Source of the DNA: Deltaproteobacteria bacterium
GTDB lineage: Bacteria; Desulfobacterota; Binatia; UTPRO1
Assembly: GCA_005879405.1 (NCBI GenBank)
Contig: VBKW01000143.1
Location: 1 to 53,249 of the forward strand
Length of the DNA stretch: 53,249 nucleotides
Direction: 5' to 3'
Part shown: piece by piece, positions 45,036-53,219 of the stretch
Layout: the number at the start of each line of letters is the position of its first letter
Numbering within the stretch: position 1 is the first letter of the stretch
Notes under the pieces: generated by a model
Database searches by the model: none
Told to the model about the DNA's origin: nothing
The model's input: the letters and a program-made list of their open reading frames with translations, nothing else
Program-made: the position numbers and the translations under genes

Positions 45036-46903
45036 GCGCGGTACTCGCGCAGGTACATCTCGTCGAACTGGTGCAGAAAGAGGAGGATCGCCTCCGGCTC
45101 CTCGAGCGCGCCATCGTGCTCGACGATGCTCGCGACCAGGCGATCGAGCGCGAACGGCGTCGTCGGATCGAAGCGGTCGAGGAAGCGGCCGAGCGCGCTT
45201 CGACCCTCGCCGCGCACGACGTCGCCGACCGTCGCCACGCGGGCGCGGCCGAGAAAGCGGTCCTGCTCGTGGCCGATGACGGTGCCGAGCAGACGCTCGA
45301 CGCGATGGCCGTACGTGTGCTCGGCGAGCGCACGGCGGCGGGCGCGATCCGCCATCGGCACCCGCTCCTCTGGGTGCGCCAGGTAGTGGCGGGTCAGCTC
45401 GCGCATCTCCGCGACGGTCGCGGCGATTGCGAGCTCGCGCTCGTCGAAGAGCGGCGGCAGCAGCGACCGGCGGTCGACGACCTGAAAGGCGCCGCAGCCG
45501 GCGAGCTCGAACGTGCGTGGATTGACGAAGTCGCCGCGCGGATCGACACCGTCGTGATACGTCGACGAGTGCAGGTTCAGGTTGACGTCGACGGCGTTGA
45601 AGATGCGCACTGACTCTTCGGTCGTGATGCGCGCGCCGCCGCGCTGGACGACGCGCGCGAGATCGGCGGCGCCGGCCCAGTCGCTGCCCCAGATGCGAAC
45701 ATCCGTGTCGAGAAAGCGTCGAAACGCGAGCCGGCGATTGCGGTACCCGGCGCCGACGAACGCAACCTCGCTCGCGTACTCGGCGCGCGCCGCCGCATCG
45801 AGGCTGAGCGGCCGATGGATCTCCGGATCGAAGCCGCACGGCAGGTACGCCACCCGCGCGGCGGTGACGGCGCCGAGCGCGGCCAGGCACTCGTCCTCTT
45901 GGATCGTGAACACGTAGTCGTAGTGCGCGGCGACGGCGCGCCAGTACGTCAACACCCGGTAGTCCTCCACGAACCACAGCACGCGCACCGCGCCCGCGGC
46001 GGCGATCGCGTCGAGCGCCGCCGGGCCGAGCGGCGCTTGCGCGAGCGCCAGCACCACGTCGGGCTCGATCGCCTCGACCGCGGCGACGACGCCGTCGCCG
46101 AGCGTCTCGCAGTAGCGGTTCTCGAGCGCGCTCCGACGCGCGCGGCGGGCACCGAAGCGTTCGAGGGCGCGAAACGCGTCGTGGAACGGACTCAGATCGA
46201 GGAGGTGCGTCTCGTGCCCGAGCGTGGCGAGCGCGCGCGCGGCATAGCCGGCGATCGGCCACGAGCCGCCGTACATGGGCGAGACGACGAGGATCTTGAG
46301 GCGCATGCCGAGATGCGTCGCCGATGCTTGCCAAGCGGTCAGCGCGCGGCGGTAGGCGTCGCCGGGCACGAGGAGCGCCGGTGCGTAGCCGAGGACGCGT
46401 GTGCGTTCGCCGGCCCGCGGGCGTCGCCCGGTGCCGCTCGACCTCGCCTCCGACGGCGCGCCGACCGTGTCGCCGGCGCCCGGCTCCGACGTCGCCGGCG
46501 GCTCGATGCTCGTGACGATCTCGATGCGGGCGAGCAACGCGCTCAGGTCGCGGGTCGCCAGCGCCACGCGCCAGATCGCGAGGTCGGGCTCGACGACGAC
46601 GATGGTGCCGGCGAAGCGCGCCGCCAGCGCCTCGACGTGGTAGCCGAGTCCCAGACCGACGACGACAGCACGCGTCGCGCCCGCCGCCGCCAAGCGGTCG
46701 GCGGCACCGCGCGCCCAGCGCACCCCGTCCTGCGCCGGATCGCCGCGATGCTGCAGCGGAACGCCGGCAACGGTGAGCAGCGGCGCCCCCGACGCGGCCT
46801 GTGCGATCACGTGCGTCGGCGGGACCTCCGCGGCGGCGATTGCCGCGACGAGCGCCGGGACGCGTGCCGCGAGGACGCGCTCGTTCTCCCCGCGCAGCGT
46901 CAC
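45032..46903 (-). CDS. CgeB-type glycosyltransferase (DUF3880/GT1-like) with N-terminal Maf/MptE-like segment
   Basis: The N-terminal ~190 aa contain VVVGLGLGYHVEALAARFAGTIVVVEPD. Then MRLKILVVSPMYGGSWPIAGY... and FVNPRTFELAGCGAFQV, typical of CgeB-like enzymes. GTG 46903 overlaps the upstream stop (GTGA). Confidence 0.7.
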   Translation of the reverse strand: MTLRGENERVLAARVPALVAAIAAAEVPPTHVIAQAASGAPLLTVAGVPLQHRGDPAQDGVRWARGAADRLAAAGATRAVVVGLGLGYHVEALAARFAGTIVVVEPDLAIWRVALATRDLSALLARIEIVTSIEPPATSEPGAGDTVGAPSEARSSGTGRRPRAGERTRVLGYAPALLVPGDAYRRALTAWQASATHLGMRLKILVVSPMYGGSWPIAGYAARALATLGHETHLLDLSPFHDAFRALERFGARRARRSALENRYCETLGDGVVAAVEAIEPDVVLALAQAPLGPAALDAIAAAGAVRVLWFVEDYRVLTYWRAVAAHYDYVFTIQEDECLAALGAVTAARVAYLPCGFDPEIHRPLSLDAAARAEYASEVAFVGAGYRNRRLAFRRFLDTDVRIWGSDWAGAADLARVVQRGGARITTEESVRIFNAVDVNLNLHSSTYHDGVDPRGDFVNPRTFELAGCGAFQVVDRRSLLPPLFDERELAIAATVAEMRELTRHYLAHPEERVPMADRARRRALAEHTYGHRVERLLGTVIGHEQDRFLGRARVATVGDVVRGEGRSALGRFLDRFDPTTPFALDRLVASIVEHDGALEEPEAILLFLHQFDEMYLREYRA

Positions 46904-48873
46904 GAAGCGAGCTCGTGCTCGAGGGAGCGCGCGAGCGTGTGCGCCGGCGCATCGCGCAGCACGTCGCGCACGGTCGCTCGACTCTCCTCCGTCCGTCCGG
47001 CGGCGTAGAGGCAGCTCGCGAGCGCGACGCGCACGTCGGCGTCGTCGCCGACACGGGCGAGATAGTCGCGGAGATGCGTCTCGAGCTCGGCGAGACGATC
47101 GAGCGCGCTCGCGAGCGTGATGAGCCCGCTCAATGCCGCGCGGTGTGCGGGGTCGAGGCTCCGCGCCTCGACGTAGGCGCGCCACGCATCCTCCGTCTGC
47201 GCGAGCCGTGCGAGACAGAGCCCGAGCGCCGCCCACGCGTCGGCGGTGCCGCCCGCGGCGATCGCGCGCTCGAGCCAGGCGCGCGCCGTGGCGTCGTCGC
47301 CGCGCTGGAGCGCGATGATCCCGAGCCCGGCCTCGCCGCGCTCGCGATAGCCCGCGCTGCCGAGCAGCGCCGCGAATTGCGCCTCCGCCTCGTCGAGGCG
47401 CTCGAGATACGTGAAGGCGACCGCCCGCAACTCGGCGACCGCCGCCGGATCGGCGCCTGCGGCCGCGGCCCGCGCCACGTGTCGAAGCGCGTCGTCCCAC
47501 GCGCCCGCGGCGCGCGCCCGTGTCGCGGCGTCGAGCGCGGCCGTCGCGAGCTGGGTCGTCGAATCGGAGGCGGTCACGGCGTGCGCCGGCGCTACGGTGC
47601 CGTTTGCACGCGCCGGCGCCGCGCCGAGCAGCGCGCTGGACGGCGTCGCGGTGACCGCGTCCGCCCTGACCGCGTGGGGAATCACGGCCGCCGGCGCCGA
47701 CGCGCCCACGGTCGGGGCGAGCTCCGCGTAGAGGGCGAGCGTCGCCGCGGCGCTGCGCGCCCACGTGAACTCGCGGGCGCGTGCCGCCGCGCGTTCGGGA
47801 TCGAGCGCCCGCGCGGTCTCGACCGCGCGGCGGATGCTCGCGGGATCGGCGGGCTCGAGGTACGCGATCGTGTCGCCGAGATAGTCCTCGATCGCGCCCC
47901 ATCCCGACGCGGCGACGCGCGTCCCGTGCAGCGCCGCCTCGAGCGATACCAGACCCGGGAGCTCGTACCAGCTCGGCAGGCAATGCACCGCCGCATCGCG
48001 AAATGCCGCCGCCAGCATGACCGAGGGCAGCCGCGCGAGGAGCAGCGTCCGGCCGCGGCGCGCGAACCCCGCGCAGAGACGGGCGTACTCCGGCTGGTAG
48101 GAGACGCCGCCGGTCACGAGGACGACCGGTCGCGGGTCGTCGCGCAATGCCTCGAGCAGCATCAGCTGGTTCTTTCGGGTCTCGAGACGCCCCACGCAGA
48201 GCACGTAGTCGCGCAGCTCGTGGGCCGCGGCGAACGTGCCGTCGGGAAGCGGCGCCTCCTCGGTGTGGAGGTCGGCGCCGAACGGGATCACCCGAACGTC
48301 GCGCGCCTGCGGATAGTCGGCGGCGACGTGCCGGCGCTCAGTCTCGCTGCAGCACACGAGGACGCGCGCCACGCCGGCGGTGACGTCGTTCACCGCCTTG
48401 CGCGCGGGGGGTGCGTTGCGGACGCGACGCAGGGTCGCGGCGAGCGCGTCGCGATCGAGGGCGGTGCGCCGTCTCCCATCGGCGTCGGCACTCGCCGCGA
48501 AGAGCTGCGCGACCGCGAGCGACGGTGCCGCGAAGCGCGGCCAGTCCTCGTACAGCGTCGTGACCACGAGCGGCGCGCCGGCACGCGCGGCGTCCTCGGC
48601 GAACGCGCGCGTCGTCTCGGGAGTGGCGAAGTTGACCGTGTGCACGACGTCGGTGCCGGGCGGGACGCCGCGCTCGGTGGTGAATTGGACGCGTGCGCCG
48701 AGGCGCGCGAGCGTCGCCATCAAGCGTCGCACGACGACGGTGTCACCGCCGGGGTGCGTGAAGAGACTCGCGCGCGCTTGAAAGAGCACCTGCGGGCCGC
48801 GTCCGCTCCGCGCCCGCGTGTCGTGTGCGCCGGAGACGGTGGAGACCGTCGCCGACGGTGATGTGGCCGCCAT
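46900..48873 (-). CDS. GT4-type (Glycos_transf_1) glycosyltransferase fused to C-terminal TPR repeats
   Basis: GT-B blocks (GGDTVVVRRLMATLARLGARV, VGRLETRKNQLMLLEAL, LPSWYELPGLVSLEAALHG), then about 230 aa of TPR-like repeats. ATG 48873 has a GGGAGA SD; ATG 48909 is also possible. Confidence 0.8.
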   Translation of the reverse strand: MAATSPSATVSTVSGAHDTRARSGRGPQVLFQARASLFTHPGGDTVVVRRLMATLARLGARVQFTTERGVPPGTDVVHTVNFATPETTRAFAEDAARAGAPLVVTTLYEDWPRFAAPSLAVAQLFAASADADGRRRTALDRDALAATLRRVRNAPPARKAVNDVTAGVARVLVCCSETERRHVAADYPQARDVRVIPFGADLHTEEAPLPDGTFAAAHELRDYVLCVGRLETRKNQLMLLEALRDDPRPVVLVTGGVSYQPEYARLCAGFARRGRTLLLARLPSVMLAAAFRDAAVHCLPSWYELPGLVSLEAALHGTRVAASGWGAIEDYLGDTIAYLEPADPASIRRAVETARALDPERAAARAREFTWARSAAATLALYAELAPTVGASAPAAVIPHAVRADAVTATPSSALLGAAPARANGTVAPAHAVTASDSTTQLATAALDAATRARAAGAWDDALRHVARAAAAGADPAAVAELRAVAFTYLERLDEAEAQFAALLGSAGYRERGEAGLGIIALQRGDDATARAWLERAIAAGGTADAWAALGLCLARLAQTEDAWRAYVEARSLDPAHRAALSGLITLASALDRLAELETHLRDYLARVGDDADVRVALASCLYAAGRTEESRATVRDVLRDAPAHTLARSLEHELAS

Positions 48874-48975
48874 GCCGTCTCCCGGGCGAGCACGGCCGCC
48901 TCGCGGCATTACCGCGAGGCGGCCCCCCGAACCCCCTTCTCCTCAGTCCTCCCCGCCTCCGCCGCCGGCGAAAGG

Positions 48976-48991
48976 AGCAAGACGAATGCCA
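48976..48991 (-). promoter_or_regulatory. Sigma-54 promoter of the glycosyltransferase operon
   Basis: The - strand reads TGGCATTCGTCTTGCT (TGGCAT-N5-TTGCT). It lies 66 nt upstream of ATG 48909 and 102 nt upstream of ATG 48873. Confidence 0.7.
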
Positions 48992-49154
48992 CGGGATTTC
49001 GTGCTCGAAGTGCGCGACATGTTTCCGCCGCTCGACGGGTCGCCGCATGCCGCGGCCGGAAATCTGTGCCGCCGTCGCGCCGCCGTCAGCGAATTGACAG
49101 CCGCCCGAGCACCCGTCCCTGCGGCGTCACCGCGTCGCTTCGCTGCCGATAGGA

Positions 49155-49245
49155 CGGCGGCAAGTTGCAGGCCAGAGCGGCCGCGGCGGGGTCGAGTTGC
49201 AGGCCAGAGCGGCGCGGCGGGTACTGGGTCGAGTTGCGAGCCCGA
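49155..49245. repeat. Tandem ~32-37-bp repeats (about 2.5 copies) with core AGTTGCAGGCCAGAGCGGC
   Basis: The core is exact at 49163..49181 and 49195..49213. A degenerate third copy (GAGTTGCGAGCC) starts near 49231. The array lies 170-250 nt upstream of the glycosyltransferase-operon sigma-54 promoter. Confidence 0.8.
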
Positions 49246-49367
49246 CGAGGCGCGAGGGAAGTGAGCCCTCGTCAAGCGAGGACAAGCAGCGCAGGCGTAG
49301 CAGCGCTACGCCGAGCAGCGGAGCGACCGAGCAACGAAGTATGGCGACGCAAATCGCTCCAGTACCC

Positions 49368-49778
49368 TCAGGCGCGGCGGGAGGCGAACACAGCGTCCGC
49401 GGCCGCGCTGCGATAGCGCGCCGCGCGCGCGCGGCTCGCGTGCAACGCGCCGAGGCGCGCCGCGGTCGCCGCGCGCACCGCGCTCGTGAGACGCAGCGCC
49501 GCCGCGCGGCGGCGCTCGATCGCGCCCGCGAGCGCGTCGGCTGCGGCCCAGAGCGCGGCCTGGTCGGCGGTCGCGAGCCGGCGCGCGTCCGCGAGCGGAC
49601 GGAGATCCGCCTCGAGCGCCTCGAGCCGCGGCACCAGCGCCGCCGCGTCGTCCCACGACGCGGCCGCGAGATGCGTCTCCAGTGCATCGTACACGGCGGC
49701 GATCTCGCGATGGACCGCTTCGGCCGCGCGCGCGCGAGCGGCAGCGGAAGCTGGTGCGTCGGCGATATCAGGCGGCAT
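49368..49778 (-). CDS. FliT-like helical protein downstream of fliS
   Basis: 136-aa Ala-rich helical protein with AASWDDAAALVPRLEALEADL, resembling the FliT EEQWDEL region. ATG 49778 overlaps the fliS end by 11 nt. Confidence 0.55.
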   Translation of the reverse strand: MPPDIADAPASAAARARAAEAVHREIAAVYDALETHLAAASWDDAAALVPRLEALEADLRPLADARRLATADQAALWAAADALAGAIERRRAAALRLTSAVRAATAARLGALHASRARAARYRSAAADAVFASRRA

Positions 49779-50166
49779 CGACCACCGGCACGCCGTGCCG
49801 CAGGATGTCGCGGAACGCGCTCGCGACGATGTCGAGGAGACGCGAGACCTGGTCGAGGTGGCGCACGCTCTTCTGCCGGTTCGCCTCGACGAGGTGCTGC
49901 AGCATGAACTGGTAGAGGCGCTCGAGGTCGGCGGCGATCTGACCACCGGCGGCGTGGTCGAGCGTGTGGAGCAGCTCGGCGATGATGGCCTGCGCGCGGC
50001 CGAGGTCGTACCCGAAGCGACCGATGTCGTTCGCGGCGAGATTGGCGCGCGCCTGCGCCAGGAACTTCAAGCCGCCGTCGAACATGAGGAGCAGCAGGCG
50101 GCCGCGGTCCGCCGTCCCAACCTGCGCCTGCTGGTATCGCGCCGCCGTCGATTGCGCGCCGATCAT
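49768..50166 (-). CDS. fliS: Flagellin-specific chaperone FliS
   Basis: Contains AARYQQAQVGTADRGRLLLLMFDGGLKFL and IAADLERLYQFMLQHLVEAN. Confidence 0.9.
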   Translation of the reverse strand: MIGAQSTAARYQQAQVGTADRGRLLLLMFDGGLKFLAQARANLAANDIGRFGYDLGRAQAIIAELLHTLDHAAGGQIAADLERLYQFMLQHLVEANRQKSVRHLDQVSRLLDIVASAFRDILRHGVPVVDAA

Positions 50167-51536
50167 CCGTTCCTCCCTCCGAGATTCGTGAGCGCCGTGA
50201 GATAGCTGCCCTGCGCTTGGAGATTGTTCACCAAGAGCTCGAGATTCGTGTACGTCGCACGCAGGTTGGCCTCGAAATCGTCGAGGTGGCGCTGCCCTGC
50301 GGTGAGTTGGTCGTCGATATTGGTGATTTGATCGGTGATGCTCTTCGCGTCGATGTCGATGAGTCCGCCCGAGCGCGTCAACACGGTGAGAAAATCGTGC
50401 ACACGGTCGGCGACGCCACCGACGGCGCCTGCGCCGCCGAAGAGCGTCGCGACCGCGCCCGGATCGGCGGTGACGGCGCTCGTGAACTTCGCGGTGTCGA
50501 ACCCGAGCGTGCCGTCGCGCTTGGTGGTGATGCCGACCTGCGACAGCACCGTGTAGCCGCCCTCGAGCCCGCTCACCGCGCCCGAAACCACGCTGTGCAG
50601 GCTGGACAGGATGGTGCGCACGGTGCCGTCGAACGCGAGCGGCCCCGCGGCGACGGAATGATCGGTCGACGAGGTGTCCTGCGTCACCTGGCTCTGGCTG
50701 GCGACGAAGTTGACGACGTCGTTGAATGCGTCGACGACCTTCTGCACGTTGGCGGTCGCGGCGGCGACGTCCGTCGACACGCCGACCGTCGTCGGGCCGC
50801 CTTTCCCGACGAGCGACAGCGTGACGCCGGGGATCACGTCGTCGAAAGTGTTGTGCTCACGGACCAGCGGATCCGCGAAGCCCGTCACCGTGAAGCGGGC
50901 GTTCGCCGCCGCTTGCGTGACCGCGACGCCGAGGTTCGTGTCGTCGGTGACGATCGTGATGTCGTGTGAGGTGCCGGTGTCCGTCGAGGCGATGCGCAAG
51001 CGGTAGTCGGGCGCCGCCGCCGTCCCGGCGTTCACGACCGAGGCGCTCACGCCGGCGTCCTTGCCGTTGATCGCGTTCGCGAGCCCTTGCAGGGTCGTCG
51101 TGGCGTCGATCGCCACCGTCTGGTTGTCGCCGCTCCCGACCTTGAAGACGAAGCTGCCGGTGCCTGCGGCGACGGTCGCCGCCGCAGAGCCCTTGCCGTT
51201 CGCCGACGTCGCGATCGCGCCGCGCGCCAAGTCGAGCACGGTGATGTCGGTCGTGCCGACCGCGGCGCCAGAGGTCGCCTTGGCGGTGAGCACCGTCTCG
51301 TCGCTCGACGTCGCGCTGTGGCCGATGACGTCGCTGCCGTCGCGGACGGTGTCGACGGCGGTGAGGAACGCGAGAATCTTCGTGTTGAAGGTCTGCAGCG
51401 CGGTCTGCCGCGCCGCCATGGTGTCGCGCTGCGCAGAGAGCGCGTCGAGGGGGCGGCGCTCGAGCGCCACCAGCTGGTCGATGATCTTGTTGGTGTCGAG
51501 ACCGGTCGCGAGGCCGCCGACGGTGATGTCCGCCAT
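50163..51536 (-). CDS. fliD: Flagellar filament cap protein FliD
   Basis: N-terminus ITVGGLATGLDTNKIIDQLVALERRPLDALSAQRDTMAARQTALQTFNTKI. C-terminal coiled coil. Confidence 0.9.
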   Translation of the reverse strand: MADITVGGLATGLDTNKIIDQLVALERRPLDALSAQRDTMAARQTALQTFNTKILAFLTAVDTVRDGSDVIGHSATSSDETVLTAKATSGAAVGTTDITVLDLARGAIATSANGKGSAAATVAAGTGSFVFKVGSGDNQTVAIDATTTLQGLANAINGKDAGVSASVVNAGTAAAPDYRLRIASTDTGTSHDITIVTDDTNLGVAVTQAAANARFTVTGFADPLVREHNTFDDVIPGVTLSLVGKGGPTTVGVSTDVAAATANVQKVVDAFNDVVNFVASQSQVTQDTSSTDHSVAAGPLAFDGTVRTILSSLHSVVSGAVSGLEGGYTVLSQVGITTKRDGTLGFDTAKFTSAVTADPGAVATLFGGAGAVGGVADRVHDFLTVLTRSGGLIDIDAKSITDQITNIDDQLTAGQRHLDDFEANLRATYTNLELLVNNLQAQGSYLTALTNLGGRNG

Positions 51537-51540
51537 CCGC

Positions 51541-51900
51541 TCAGCCCTCGCGGTCGAGGAGGACGCCGCGCCCGTCGGGGAGCCGCTTCAGCTTCGCGCC
51601 GAGATCCTCAGGCGGCAGCGTCCGCACGACCTCTCCCGTCTTCGCGTCGATCACCTGCACCACCACCCGCCCCCCTTCCTCGTCGAGCCGAAAGGACAGC
51701 TCGTAGTTCGCAAACTCCGGCAACCGGATCGACTTCGGCCCGGTGGGCTCGTTCTCGGCGGCGCCGGCGGCCGCGGGATCCTTCTGCTCGGGGTGCTGCT
51801 GCGCCGGAGGCGGCGACTTGCCGTCGCCGTCGCGCGTGTGCGCCTCGACGACGCCGTGCACCGCCGTGAGCGGCGGCGTTCCCCCGTTGCCGATGCCCAT
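51541..51900 (-). CDS. flaG: FlaG family protein
   Basis: Contains LSFRLDEEGGRVVVQVIDAKTGEVVRTLPPEDL, typical of FlaG. Lies between fliC and fliD. Confidence 0.85.
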   Translation of the reverse strand: MGIGNGGTPPLTAVHGVVEAHTRDGDGKSPPPAQQHPEQKDPAAAGAAENEPTGPKSIRLPEFANYELSFRLDEEGGRVVVQVIDAKTGEVVRTLPPEDLGAKLKRLPDGRGVLLDREG

Positions 51901-51916
51901 GGACTCTCTCGCTTAC

Positions 51917-51950
51917 GGAGGCGGACGGGCATGATGCCCGTCCCGCCTCC
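51917..51950 (-). terminator. Strong stem-loop between fliC and flaG (terminator/attenuator or mRNA stabiliser)
   Basis: mRNA sense reads GGAGGCGGGACGGGCAT-c-ATGCCCGTCCGCCTCC, about 16 bp with one bulge, starting 14 nt after the fliC TAA. No U-tract follows. Confidence 0.55.
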
Positions 51951-51964
51951 TCGTTCGTGACTCG

Positions 51965-52786
51965 TTACCGCAGCAGCTGCAGCGCCAACGCGGGCTGCTG
52001 GTTCGCCTGCGCCAAGACGGCGACGCCGGCCTGCTGCAGGATGCTGTTACGCGTGAGGTTCGCCGTCTCCTCCGCCACGTCGGCGTCGCGGATGCGCGAC
52101 TCGGCGGAGAGGAAGTTCTGGCTCGCCACCCGCAGGTTGTCGATCGCGGTGTTGAGGCGGCTCTCGATCGATCCCAAGGTGCCACGCTTCGTCGCGATGA
52201 GCGCAATCGCCGAGGTGATGGCGCCGAGGGCCGACTGTGCCGCCGCGGACGACGACACCGAGATGCCGGAGAGGCCGATGCCGCTCGCCGACCCGTCGAT
52301 GGTCGTGAACGAGATGCGGCTGTTGGCGGAGCCGTCGAGGCCGACCTGGAGCGCGACGCTGGTGCCCCCGGAGAGCAGGTTCACGCCGTTGAACGACGTG
52401 GTGTTGGAGATCCGGTCGATTTCGGAGACGAGCGCCGTGAACTCGGCCTGGATACCGCTTCGCTGGGAGTCGCTGATCAGTCCCGAGGCCGCTTCCGAGG
52501 CGAGCTCGGCGAGACGGGTGATGACGTCGCCGGTCTTGCCGAGCGCTTGCTCGCCGATGCTCAGCGCGCTGATGCCGTCGTTCGCGTTACGGATCGCCTG
52601 GCTGGCGATACGGCTGTCGGCACGCAGCTTGTCGGCGATCGCCAGGCCTGCAGCGTCGTCGGACGCCGAGTTGATGCGGAGACCCGACGACAGTCGCTCG
52701 ATCGACTTGTTGAGCAACGACGTGGTCTCCGCGAGGTGTCGCTGCGCATTCAGCGAAGCGACGTTCGAATTGATCGTGAGAGCCAT
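51965..52786 (-). CDS. fliC: Flagellin (short, 273 aa)
   Basis: N-terminus MALTINSNVASLNAQRHLAETTSLLNKSIERLSSGLRINSASDDAAGLAIA. C-terminus ETANLTRNSILQQAGVAVLAQANQQPALALQLLR. The central segment is Ser/Thr-rich. Confidence 0.95.
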   Translation of the reverse strand: MALTINSNVASLNAQRHLAETTSLLNKSIERLSSGLRINSASDDAAGLAIADKLRADSRIASQAIRNANDGISALSIGEQALGKTGDVITRLAELASEAASGLISDSQRSGIQAEFTALVSEIDRISNTTSFNGVNLLSGGTSVALQVGLDGSANSRISFTTIDGSASGIGLSGISVSSSAAAQSALGAITSAIALIATKRGTLGSIESRLNTAIDNLRVASQNFLSAESRIRDADVAEETANLTRNSILQQAGVAVLAQANQQPALALQLLR

Positions 52787-52896
52787 CTGAATCCTCCGTG
52801 GTTTCGATCCCGTTCGTCCGTGGACGGGGCTCGTTTGTGTTTCGGACGAACGCGAAAGGGGGCCACCCCGCTTGAAACCCGCGTCGTTCCGCTCGC
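52787..52896 (-). promoter_or_regulatory. fliC 5' leader with candidate CsrA-binding GGA motifs
   Basis: mRNA sense reads ..CGUUCGUCC-N24-GGACGAACGGGAUCGAAACCACGGAGGAUUCAG-AUG. One GGA lies in the 3' arm of a 9-bp hairpin (52811..52852), and GGAGGA is the SD. Confidence 0.5.
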
Positions 52897-52902
52897 TGGG
52901 TG

Positions 52903-52930
52903 TTATCGTCGATGGTCACCGGAAACTTGA
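52903..52930 (-). promoter_or_regulatory. Sigma-28 (FliA) promoter of fliC
   Basis: The - strand reads TCAAGTTT..-GACGATAA (TCAA-N16-GACGATAA; consensus TAAA-N15-GCCGATAA). The spacing matches the flgM promoter. Confidence 0.6.
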
Positions 52931-53068
52931 GACGCCTCGGACCCGACCGCGTGTGCGACGTCGTGGAAGAGCGCCCGGGGGAGCACGGACTCACCCGGCG
53001 GCGCTGCGCTCGCGCGGCCGCTCTTCCCCTCGTCCGGCTGCCCTCGCGCGGTCGCTCCTCCGCCGGCC

Positions 53069-53085
53069 CGGCCAGACTTTGGTCG
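53069..53085. promoter_or_regulatory. Palindrome-like CGGCCAgacttTGGTCG (class B)
   Basis: About 120 nt upstream of the + strand sigma-54-like promoter at 53204. Confidence 0.3.
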
Positions 53086-53203
53086 GCAGCGACGGTCGCC
53101 CGCGGTCGGCGTATCGCGCCACGGCGCGGGCTGTGCCGTTGGCGTAGTCGATACGGGGCGTCGCCGCGACGGAGCGCCCTACCACACACTATGCGAAGTC
53201 GCG

Positions 53204-53219
53204 CGGCACCTGATTTGCC
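53204..53219 (+). promoter_or_regulatory. Sigma-54-like promoter pointing out of the window (divergent from fliC)
   Basis: CGGCACCTGATTTGCC (GGCAC-N5-TTGC). ATGs at 53229 and 53239 follow, and the gene body lies outside the window. Confidence 0.4.

Noticed and set aside
43395-47054. Giant 1219-aa and 983-aa track ORFs (43395..47054 and 45032..47983)
   Set aside because: Only their 3' portions are real (the GT9 gene from ATG 45035 and the CgeB-like gene from GTG 46903). The upstream extensions are out-of-frame read-through across neighbouring genes.
49155-49245. Whether the tandem repeats could be a small CRISPR array
   Set aside because: There are only about 2.5 copies, the 'spacers' are 13-18 nt, there are no cas genes, and the repeats are not palindromic CRISPR-like units.
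48971-49264. Apparent + strand small gene with a strong SD (AAAGGAG-N8-ATG at 48986, 93 codons)
   Set aside because: The 'SD + ATG' is the reverse complement of the - strand sigma-54 promoter (TGGCAT..TTGCT). Coding bias decays after about 35 codons, and the ORF runs through the tandem repeats.
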